Positions 51,201 to 58,405 of a stretch of DNA of 64,000 bases are shown here, piece by piece. The stretch comes from Clostridiales bacterium (GTDB lineage: Bacteria > Bacillota > Clostridia > Christensenellales > Borkfalkiaceae), in contig SVHO01000005.1 in the NCBI GenBank assembly GCA_015055725.1, positions 76-64,075 of the forward strand. Direction: 5' to 3'. Below the pieces are notes generated by a model, which saw only the letters and a list, made by a program, of their open reading frames with translations, did no database searches and was not told the origin of the DNA. How positions within the stretch are numbered: position 1 is the first letter of the stretch; each line of letters starts with the position of its first letter. The position numbers were made by a program, and so were the translations under genes.

Positions 51201-52190
51201 ATAAGGGTCACCTGGAACGATTGCGCCTTGCCCTTCTTCAACTAATTGAGTTCCGCCGTATTGAGTGCCGTCGTAATTAAAAAATCTTACGCTATACTTT
51301 GGTTTTTCAATAGGAATAAATTTAGCAAACAAATCAACGTCTTTATCAATCGCACTATAAAAATCAAACATTGACGTTGCCTCTAAACTTTCATACCAAC
51401 CTATAAAGATATAATTTTCTTTACTTGGCGCAGTCGTTGGGAAACTTGCATATTCGCCGTAAGCAACCGTTTGCACGTCGTGCACGTCTTGGTCAACGTA
51501 GAAAGAAACTTGATATTCGTCAGGTTGATATTCAACGAAAATTTCAGTATCTTGCGTTATTTCTTCAACTTCACCTTTATACCCTATAGCCGTGTAATGC
51601 TCAACGTTAAATTCGCTAAGGTCGGGAAGATTTGCATTTTGCCCGTGAACGACTTCTTTTGTAAATAAAACTTGGTCGTCAAGTCCGTAAACGGTGACGG
51701 TATAAGTTTTATCTTCTAAGATTGCGTTTACGGAAAGGTTTTCGTTAACACCTGTAATATCAACGTTTTCCCAACCGACAAAACGTTTGCCCTCAGGGCA
51801 TTCTACCGTTGCAGGAGCAATCGCGTTTTCCCCTTCGATAACTTTTTGAGTGTTAACGACAATGCCGTCAACCAAAAATTTCACTTCAAAAATTTTCAAA
51901 GGAACGTCCCAGTCGGCAATCAGTATTAAATCTTCTTTAATTCGAGTTCTAAACGAGAATTTTTCTCCGTTAAGCGTCCAATGCTTAAACAATGCGCCGT
52001 CTTTTGTGGGCGTTGCAGGAACGGATAAATAATCTCCGTCAGCCACTTCAACCTCTAAATACGTTTCAGTTTCGCTAAGCATAAATAAAACTGTATGTTC
52101 TTCTTGTGCAGATGCGCTAAAAGGCGCAACTGCAAAGCAAGGTATTAGAAGTGCCAACAATATGGTTAAAAACAAAAATTTCTTTTTCAC
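48258..52190 (-). CDS. giant secreted protein 2: Listeria-Bacteroides (Flg_new) repeats, seven 62-aa repeats, C-terminal cohesin-like module
   Basis: GTG start after a GGGAGG RBS. Signal peptide ends ...FSASA-QEE. About 11 repeats of type Y.V.F......Q.V..G..A..P..P..EGY.F.GW. The C-terminal 124 aa (nt 48261-48632) reads VQVDVEIKGKVNFAGLLGRIDF...FVKFVWS...IMTFLF. Confidence 0.8.
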   Translation of the reverse strand: MKKKFLFLTILLALLIPCFAVAPFSASAQEEHTVLFMLSETETYLEVEVADGDYLSVPATPTKDGALFKHWTLNGEKFSFRTRIKEDLILIADWDVPLKIFEVKFLVDGIVVNTQKVIEGENAIAPATVECPEGKRFVGWENVDITGVNENLSVNAILEDKTYTVTVYGLDDQVLFTKEVVHGQNANLPDLSEFNVEHYTAIGYKGEVEEITQDTEIFVEYQPDEYQVSFYVDQDVHDVQTVAYGEYASFPTTAPSKENYIFIGWYESLEATSMFDFYSAIDKDVDLFAKFIPIEKPKYSVRFFNYDGTQYGGTQLVEEGQGAIVPGDPYREGYEFLRWTQDFSSVTRDLDVYPIFSIMSYTVTFVDDEGEIEVQTVKYGQNAKEPDLDKIRIPEGKEFDGWDIGFKNIDKDIVVTAKFRAQTFVVIFYNGSKRVGAIQYVEYGKDAKVPVLAEKEGYDFLGWSDGETIGQHYKNITQDTILFTNYEQRTYEVTYREEVEKGSFQIIDNVELKYGETAPLKLYDKENHVFIGWYLDKEFTLPYDFSLGVTTDFMLYAKWEVKPAVTYTVEFRVDGVLYGKEQVVSEDASAIAPANPVKEGYTFKGWDKSFVEVKGDLTVNAVFEINTYKVTFEYGDKTDVQLVTYLKDAVAPTDTEREGYIFDGWNANYEKITKDMTISAVYKIKTFTVTFYNGENVVAIQQVNYGLRASIVGTPEKMGYKFVGWTNEDQSVFDYATPIKAQTNVYAQFSPLSYNVYYYVNGMLYKTQSVEYNTQIILIDQPTYDDEDVIFSGWSEVPEIMPAQSLVVFATTYKLQYFTLSYYVDGVIYQSVQIKEGDEIVLIDAPTDIDEYICFVEWSSAPQTMPKNNVRVDAVIKRYYQLNYYVEGNLYLTDKVLEGEEIVLIGEPSDLDENLYFVGWTEVPEIMPERAVRVDAIVKNYYQVNYFVNGDLYHTDKVLAGDKITLIGKPSNLDENLYFGGWTEVPEIMPEQSVRVDAIIRVYYQISYYVNGSLCHTDKVLAGDKITLIDAPSDIDENIFFVAWEKAPEIMPEEDIVVNAIIKRYFEVSYFVAGSIYYTEKVLEGDEITLIGAPDDLDENIFFVAWGKAPELMPSEDVRIDAVIKKFYQVNYYVDGQIYYTDKVLEGEQITLIDAPELSENQVFSGWQNAPEIMPSEDVRIDGNITTIELKDNNVVVNVSNDGRGNVQVDVEIKGKVNFAGLLGRIDFNDMAFGGAYTDEYSYAYNNGQFVKFVWSKGENTTEQTHIMTFLFDANSFDMAKLNVIIEEMYVINEDGQIVQTDFVIDYVEK
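48633..49935 (-). repeat. seven tandem coding repeats of about 186 bp (60-63 aa) in giant gene 2
   Basis: Units such as YYQVNYFVNGDLYHTDKVLAGDKITLIGKPSNLDENLYFGGWTEVPEIMPEQSVRVDAIIR recur 7 times with 50-80 percent identity by eye. Confidence 0.8.
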
Positions 52191-52208
52191 TTTTATTTCC
52201 TCCCTTTA

Positions 52209-55200
52209 TTATTGATTTAAAACTTTTGCGTAAAGTTCAATATCTTCGGTGATAGGCGTCGTTTCAAACACAAACGGAACGTCACTATCTTTTAAGCACC
52301 AGTAATATTCGTCGCCGTAAGGCGCGGGTTCGATTGCGTAATAATTTTTAGCAACGACTTGAATATTACCATAAACGTTTTCGTTAGGGTCGTAGAAGGT
52401 GACTGTATACATATCTGCAAGTTTTCTATATTTTGCAGTAAGCGTTATGCCTTCTTCCGTTATCGGTGTTGAGAAGTCAAACGGTGTTTCTTCGTCGTCA
52501 AGATACCAATACATAAACACGCTACCAGGTTTTGACGGAGTGTTTGGAATACTTACGCATGCGCCGTATTCAACCTTAACTTCAAGAAGTTGATTTGAAA
52601 CGCCGTCGTTAAAGAACACTATTCTCTTTTGAGTTAAATATACCGCGCGGACGTCTAAATCTTTAGTTATGCTATCGATATTGTGGCTCCAACCGCTAAA
52701 CTCTTTACCTTCAATAGTGGGAATAAGAGATAATTCGGGGGCTTGTGAGCGCGCGCTCTTTAAGTATTCAACTTGAATTGTTTGACCTATTTGAACAGTG
52801 CCGTCAACGTTAAAGAATCTAACGTTATACTTTTTAGCCTTATATATAGCCACAACGGTTATATCTTCTCTAACGTTATCAAACGCTTTATCCCAACCAA
52901 CGAAGTCATACCCCGTGATAACGGGTGCGTTAGGTTCGATTGCAGAGTTGCCTTCAATAACCGTTTGTTTACTTATCAAAGTGCCGTTTGGGGTTGCAAA
53001 TTCAACTTGGTATTCTTCAACAACTATAATTTCAAATTTAGCGTAAATAGTGGTATCTTTCTTTATAGGTTGATTAAAGTTGAAAACGTTTTCAAAGTTT
53101 TCGTCAGCATACCAGTTAATGAAACTATAACCTGCTTTGCTTGGCGTAATCGGAACGGAAAGCGTGGTGTTATATTCAACGTTATCTACCGTAATTAAAG
53201 CTTCTTTGCTATCTCCGTCAACAAACGTTGCCGTGAAAACGTGCACTTGGTAAACTGCGGTAACGATAAGGTCTTTTTTAACTTCATCAAATTCCGTATC
53301 CCATTTAACGAAGGTATAACCTTCTTTGTCAAGGTCGGTAGGAGCAGTTGCGGAGTTTCCAAATTCAACCGTTTGTTTTTCTCCCATTTGAGAACCGTCA
53401 CTATCCTTAAATATAACGGTGAACGTTTTAATTTCGAAAATTGCGTATACTTCTAAGTCGTTTTCAATTTTATTAAACGCTTTATCCCAACCAACGAAAG
53501 TGTATCCTTCTTTCACAGGGTCTGCTGGTGCCGTTGCACTGCCACCTTTAACGACTGATTGTTCGTCAATAAGTTTTTCGCTTTGTTTATCAATAAATTT
53601 AACCGTACGTATTTCAGCAGGTTTTTCTTTCCATATAGCCAAAACATCTTCATCTTGAATTATTTTAGAATCAAAGTCAAATTCAACGTCTTGATCGTTA
53701 AAGTAAACCCATTTAACCCATAAATAATCGTCTGCAGTAGGCGTTGTCGGCTTAATTGCACTCGCCATATATTTTACGCTTTGGGTTTCATAAACGTTTT
53801 CATCAATCTTTTCATTTGCAATATAGAAAGTCACTTTGTAAGAGTTTACCGTATAAGATGCGGTGATGGTTAAATTGCTATTTATACCTTCTTCTCTATC
53901 GAAATCGGTTATAGCACCCGTCTTTTCGTCTATAATCACCCAACCCGCAAAGGTGTGCCCTTCTTTTTCGGGGTCTGCGGGCAAGTGCGGAACGGTTTGC
54001 CCTTCTTCAATAGATTGAACGCCACTTAGTTCAGCGCCGTTATCATTTACGAATATAACGCTATACATAGTCACTCTCTTTTCCGTTCTTGCGTAAAGAT
54101 TTAAATCTTTGGTCACGTTTGCAGTTGCGTCGTAAAGAGTTTTAAACGTAGGGTCGGTATACCAACCGATAAAATTATAATTATCTTTTTCATATGTATA
54201 AAGCGTGACGGGTGTGTTATAATCAACCTTTTCAAAGTGAACTCTTTCATAGCCGTCGTAAAAACTTACTTCACGTTTTTCCGCTTCAAAGCGCGCTTCA
54301 ATCACGCAATCGTTTGCAGGCATATTAAACGTGTAATTAGGCGTTTCACAAACGTTTTCATTATCAACGAACCAGCCGACGAAGTCATATCCAACTTTTT
54401 CAGTTGCCGTGAGCGAAATGCTATCGGCATAATTGACTTTACGGCCACTAATCTTTCCGTTATTTTCTTTAACACTACCCATATTTTCATCTTTAGAACT
54501 GAAAGAAAGCGTGTAAGTGTTAACGGTAAATTGTGCCTCCAAGGTAATTTCACTTGCAGACATATCGAAAGTATACGTTGCCGAAGTGCTTACCCTTTGC
54601 GTGCCTTTATACCAACCGTCAAAGGTATAACCCGTGTTAGCAGTTGCAGTTATGGTCACAGATTGACCGAACAAAACGTCACTACCACTTGCAATAGAAC
54701 TTGAAACCGTTCCTTTTGTATCACTTTCAGATGAATAGTTAAGTTTATAACTATTAGTTTCAAATTGTGCTTCTAAGGTAAGCGCGTTTGCAGGCATATC
54801 GAAAGTATACGTTGCAGACGTGTTAACGATTTCCGTGCCGTTATGCCAACCCTTAAAAGTATAACCCGTGTTAGCAGTTGCAGTTAAAGTGATAGATTGA
54901 CCGAATAAAACGTCGCTATCGTTTGCCGTTTGGCTACTAACCGTACCTTTTGCCGTGCTTTCAGAACTAAACTTAAGTTTATAACTATTAGTGCTAAAAT
55001 GTGCTTCTAAGGTAATTGCGCTTGCCTTCATATCGAAGGTATACGTTGCAGACGTGTTAATAATTTCCGTGCCGTTATACCAACCAACGAAGGTATAACC
55101 TGCATTAGCGGTTGCTGTTATGGTCACAGATTGACCGAACAAAACGTCGCTACCACTTGCAATAGAACTTGAAACCGTTCCTTTTGCATCACTTTCAGAT

Positions 55201-56024
55201 GAATAGTTAAGTTTATAACTATTAGTTTCAAATTGTGCTTCTAAGGTAAGCGCGTTTGCAGGCATATCGAAAGTGTACGTTGCAGACGTGTTAACGATTT
55301 CCGTGCCGTCATGCCAACCCTTAAACGTATAACCTGTGTTAGAAGTTGCAGTTATCGTCACAGATTTACCGAACAAAACGTCACTACCACTAGCGATAGA
55401 ACTTGAAACCGTTCCTTTTGCATCACTTTCAGATGAATAGTTAAGTTTATAACTATTAGTTTCAAATTGCGCTTGCAAGGTAAGCGCGTTTGCAGGCATA
55501 TCGAAAGTATACGTTGCAGACGTGTTAACGATTTCCGTGCCGTTATGCCAACCAACGAAGGAATAGCCTGCGTTTGCAGTTGCAGTTATCGTCACCGACT
55601 GGCCGAAAGAAACGTTGCTACCACTAGCGATAGAACTTGAAACTGTTCCTTTTGCCGTATCTTCCGAACTGTAGTTAAGCGCAAAAGTGTCTAAAACGAA
55701 TTTAGCGGTATAATCCACGTCAGCCGTAAGTTTAACGGTAAGTGGGTTATCGTTTGAAGATTTTGCGCCGTCAAGATACCAGCCGTCAAAAACGTAGCCG
55801 GTGTTTGCGGTTGCAGTGAGAGTAAACTCGCTCCCCTTGTTATACTTATTGCCTGAAGAAACGTCTTGCCCGTTTTTATCAACGCAAGAAACCACGCCGT
55901 AAGCCGTGTTTTCGGTTGCAAAAGATAAGGTGTATTTTTTTGCGGGCTTACTGCACGCAAAAGAAAACGAGCAAACTAAAGCAACAATCATAAGTAAGGT
56001 TAATAAAAGTTTAGATTTTTTCAC
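52209..56024 (-). CDS. giant surface protein 1 (possible lipoprotein): divergent InlB-B-type repeats plus Listeria-Bacteroides repeats
   Basis: GTG start after an AAGGAG RBS. Signal peptide has Cys24 (FSFAC-SKP, a non-canonical lipobox). About seven repeats of roughly 78 aa, GTVSS....G..V.FG.SVTITAT.N.GY.F.GW, are followed by about ten Flg_new repeats. Confidence 0.8.
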   Translation of the reverse strand: MKKSKLLLTLLMIVALVCSFSFACSKPAKKYTLSFATENTAYGVVSCVDKNGQDVSSGNKYNKGSEFTLTATANTGYVFDGWYLDGAKSSNDNPLTVKLTADVDYTAKFVLDTFALNYSSEDTAKGTVSSSIASGSNVSFGQSVTITATANAGYSFVGWHNGTEIVNTSATYTFDMPANALTLQAQFETNSYKLNYSSESDAKGTVSSSIASGSDVLFGKSVTITATSNTGYTFKGWHDGTEIVNTSATYTFDMPANALTLEAQFETNSYKLNYSSESDAKGTVSSSIASGSDVLFGQSVTITATANAGYTFVGWYNGTEIINTSATYTFDMKASAITLEAHFSTNSYKLKFSSESTAKGTVSSQTANDSDVLFGQSITLTATANTGYTFKGWHNGTEIVNTSATYTFDMPANALTLEAQFETNSYKLNYSSESDTKGTVSSSIASGSDVLFGQSVTITATANTGYTFDGWYKGTQRVSTSATYTFDMSASEITLEAQFTVNTYTLSFSSKDENMGSVKENNGKISGRKVNYADSISLTATEKVGYDFVGWFVDNENVCETPNYTFNMPANDCVIEARFEAEKREVSFYDGYERVHFEKVDYNTPVTLYTYEKDNYNFIGWYTDPTFKTLYDATANVTKDLNLYARTEKRVTMYSVIFVNDNGAELSGVQSIEEGQTVPHLPADPEKEGHTFAGWVIIDEKTGAITDFDREEGINSNLTITASYTVNSYKVTFYIANEKIDENVYETQSVKYMASAIKPTTPTADDYLWVKWVYFNDQDVEFDFDSKIIQDEDVLAIWKEKPAEIRTVKFIDKQSEKLIDEQSVVKGGSATAPADPVKEGYTFVGWDKAFNKIENDLEVYAIFEIKTFTVIFKDSDGSQMGEKQTVEFGNSATAPTDLDKEGYTFVKWDTEFDEVKKDLIVTAVYQVHVFTATFVDGDSKEALITVDNVEYNTTLSVPITPSKAGYSFINWYADENFENVFNFNQPIKKDTTIYAKFEIIVVEEYQVEFATPNGTLISKQTVIEGNSAIEPNAPVITGYDFVGWDKAFDNVREDITVVAIYKAKKYNVRFFNVDGTVQIGQTIQVEYLKSARSQAPELSLIPTIEGKEFSGWSHNIDSITKDLDVRAVYLTQKRIVFFNDGVSNQLLEVKVEYGACVSIPNTPSKPGSVFMYWYLDDEETPFDFSTPITEEGITLTAKYRKLADMYTVTFYDPNENVYGNIQVVAKNYYAIEPAPYGDEYYWCLKDSDVPFVFETTPITEDIELYAKVLNQ
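54516..55685 (-). repeat. five tandem 234-bp (78-aa) coding repeats, several near-identical at DNA level, in giant gene 1
   Basis: Protein residues 114-503 form five 78-aa units (YKLNYSSESDAKGTVSSSIASGSDVLFG.SVTITAT.N.GYTF.GW..GTEIVNTSATYTFDMPANALTLEAQFETNS). DNA blocks such as gcaggcatatcgaaagt(a/g)tacgttgcagacgtgttaacgatttccgtgcc recur at multiples of 234 bp. Confidence 0.85.
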
Positions 56025-56204
56025 TTTAATTTCTCCTTAATAAAAGTCAATTTAAAAACAAAAAACCAAATATTTATCATTAGCACAAGCGAAGAAGAAA
56101 AATATTTGATTAAACTTTTAATCCACCAAAGGAAGTTCAACGTTTTTTCAAAACGTTGAAAGGCATGCCTTTCATTTTTAAAACCGATATTTATTTACAT
56201 ATAT

Positions 56205-56233
56205 ATTTTATTACAAAAATATATATAAGTCAA
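56205..56233 (-). promoter_or_regulatory. promoter of the giant-protein operon
   Basis: Minus strand: TTGACT, 17-nt spacer, TAAAAT. It leaves a leader of about 175 nt. Confidence 0.5.
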
Positions 56234-56318
56234 GTGTTGAAAATAAATAAGAAAAATTTTTAACTCCAACTTATTCCAAAATTAGCCGTAGTTATATAAA
56301 CTTTTACAAGCATATCGT

Positions 56319-56346
56319 TTGACTTAAAGATAATTTTTGTTATAAT
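56319..56346 (+). promoter_or_regulatory. promoter of ppiB
   Basis: TTGACT, 16-nt spacer, extended -10 TGTTATAAT. Confidence 0.6.
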
Positions 56347-56374
56347 AAATAAAAAACGTTTAGGAGAGATATAA

Positions 56375-56881
56375 ATGGATAAAGTATGTTTTGAATTTGA
56401 AAACGGCAAAAAAATCAACCTTGAATTATATAGGGAACACGCACCCCTATCGGTTGAAAACTTTTTGGATTTAGTTAAGAGTGGTTTTTACGACGGATTG
56501 TGTTTTCACCGCATAATCGAAGGTTTTATGATACAAGGCGGTGGCTTTGAATGGAAAAACGGGTTGGTTAATAAAGAAGCGCCAAAAACGATAAAAGGCG
56601 AATTTATTTCAAACGGCGTAAACAACACGTTAAAACACGAAGCAGGCGTTATTTCAATGGCAAGAACAATGTTTCCAAACTCAGCGTCGTCACAATTTTT
56701 CATTTGTGTGGACACACACCCACATCTTGACGGGCAATACGCAGGCTTTGGAAAAACGTGTGATGAAGAGAGCTTAAAAGTTGCCATAGAACTATCTAAA
56801 GTTGCAACCACTTACGTTAACGGTTATGCAGACGTTCCTGTAGAACCCGTTGTGATTAAAAAAGCATACGTAATCGAATAA
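56375..56881 (+). CDS. ppiB: cyclophilin-type peptidyl-prolyl cis-trans isomerase
   Basis: 168 aa. FHRIIEGFMIQGG and SMARTMFPNSASSQFFI motifs. AGGAGAG RBS. Confidence 0.93.
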   Translation: MDKVCFEFENGKKINLELYREHAPLSVENFLDLVKSGFYDGLCFHRIIEGFMIQGGGFEWKNGLVNKEAPKTIKGEFISNGVNNTLKHEAGVISMARTMFPNSASSQFFICVDTHPHLDGQYAGFGKTCDEESLKVAIELSKVATTYVNGYADVPVEPVVIKKAYVIE

Positions 56882-56901
56882 TATAATAAATTTAAAATTA
56901 T

Positions 56902-56940
56902 ACGCCCCACGGCAAATATCTGCCGTGGGGCGTTCTTTAT
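56902..56940. terminator. bidirectional terminator between ppiB and the MFS gene
   Basis: ACGCCCCACGGCA-AATATC-TGCCGTGGGGCGT followed by TCTTTAT. Confidence 0.75.
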
Positions 56941-56949
56941 CGAATATTT

Positions 56950-58239
56950 TTAATTTTGCCCTTCTGCGCCGTCTGGGTCAAGGGATAATTCTATTTGTGA
57001 AAGAGTGCGTTTTTTCTTATTGTTAATCGCTTTAACCAAAGCACAACTAAACGCAACTAAAACGACCAAAATTGCAAGCCCTAAAAATAACGCGAAAGCG
57101 GGTTTCCACCCAAAAGCGTCAGCCATTGCGCCGAGCACAACTGAAGATAGTGTGCTTCCAACGTAGCACAAACCGTTTATAATGCCCGCAACGAAACCTG
57201 AATTGGCTTTATCGCGCAGTTCAAGTGGAAGCATACTCGTGACAATATTGTTTGCGCCACTCATAAGCAAAGCGGTAAATGCAAGCGCAAACAACACCAC
57301 GTACCAAAGCGAACTATCGAACAACAAGACAACGATTAACATCATAATAGTTGCAAGAACGAATAACGCGCCCATAAGAACGGTGTAATCTTTAATTTTT
57401 TTATTGAGTGCAATAACGAAAGCCGTGCCAAAAATAGTTAAAACGGGTAAAAGCAAGGTGACTAAAATAGATAAACTTTGGTCAAGCCCGAATTGGTCGA
57501 ACATAATTTTAGGCACCCAACCGACCAAACCGTCTTTCATAAGGTTAAGAATAATTCCAAAAAAGCCGAAAACTATAAAGAAGTAAATAACCGCAGGGTG
57601 CATCTTAGCTTTTGATTTAACCTTTTGCTTTTGCTTATCGTTATTTTCTTCTTTTACTGTTTCGTTTTGATTTTTAAGGGTGATTTTTCCGTATAAGAAA
57701 AACCATAAAATTGCAGAAACAGTCATAGCAACCGCGCCTGCAAGGAAAGAAAACTTAAATCCGTTAAACGTTGCAAAGAGCGCGCTAAGTCCGTAAGAGA
57801 TAAACGTACCCATGCTAACGGGAGTGCTCATAACGATAATTGATAACCTAATATATTTGCCATCTAAATTTTTTGAAAGGGTCATAAGAAGTGAAGACCA
57901 TAAAACCGATTGAGCTATACCGTTAATGAGCCACAAAAACTTAATCAAGTGAAAAGGAACGCCTAAGAAAACTAAGAAGTTTATAATAGACGCTATAATA
58001 AGCGCACCGCTTAAAACGTATCTCACGTTATAATGCTTACACAAAAAGCCGTTAACAATTTGCCCTGCCCCGTAAACGAAAAAGAAAAAAGACGTTGCAA
58101 GCCCAACTTCCGTGTTAGTTGCGCCGTAAAAAATAGCAATTGGTAATTGATTAGAGTTATAACTAAGCCTACCCATATACGACGTGACGTATAAAAGCCA
58201 GCACATAGCGATAAGACCAAGCGATTGTTTTCTAGTCAT
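56950..58239 (-). CDS. MFS transporter, substrate unknown
   Basis: 429 aa, 12 TM. A central Lys-rich loop and a YMGRLSY motif near TM1. Confidence 0.75.
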   Translation of the reverse strand: MTRKQSLGLIAMCWLLYVTSYMGRLSYNSNQLPIAIFYGATNTEVGLATSFFFFVYGAGQIVNGFLCKHYNVRYVLSGALIIASIINFLVFLGVPFHLIKFLWLINGIAQSVLWSSLLMTLSKNLDGKYIRLSIIVMSTPVSMGTFISYGLSALFATFNGFKFSFLAGAVAMTVSAILWFFLYGKITLKNQNETVKEENNDKQKQKVKSKAKMHPAVIYFFIVFGFFGIILNLMKDGLVGWVPKIMFDQFGLDQSLSILVTLLLPVLTIFGTAFVIALNKKIKDYTVLMGALFVLATIMMLIVVLLFDSSLWYVVLFALAFTALLMSGANNIVTSMLPLELRDKANSGFVAGIINGLCYVGSTLSSVVLGAMADAFGWKPAFALFLGLAILVVLVAFSCALVKAINNKKKRTLSQIELSLDPDGAEGQN

Positions 58240-58345
58240 AATCCACCCCTAAAATAACTAAATAGAATTTTATCACTTTACGTATAATTTTGCAACTTTT
58301 TGAAAGACAAAAAAAGACGAATAAAATTAAAAAAAGTATGACCAA

Positions 58346-58383
58346 ATAAAAAAACCCGCGCCCCACCAAAAGTGGAGCGCGGG
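58346..58383 (-). terminator. intrinsic terminator after the 665-aa (668-aa in the ORF track) gene
   Basis: Minus strand: CCCGCGCTCCAC-TTTT-GGTGGGGCGCGGG followed by TTTTTTTATTT. Confidence 0.75.
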
Positions 58384-58405
58384 AATTATAAACTATCGTT
58401 TCTCT

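Noticed and set aside
54516-55685. Regular 234-bp repeats that could look like a repeat array or CRISPR.
   Set aside because: The units are contiguous with no spacers, are in frame inside a 1271-aa ORF, and encode a known adhesin-type repeat. No cas genes are present.
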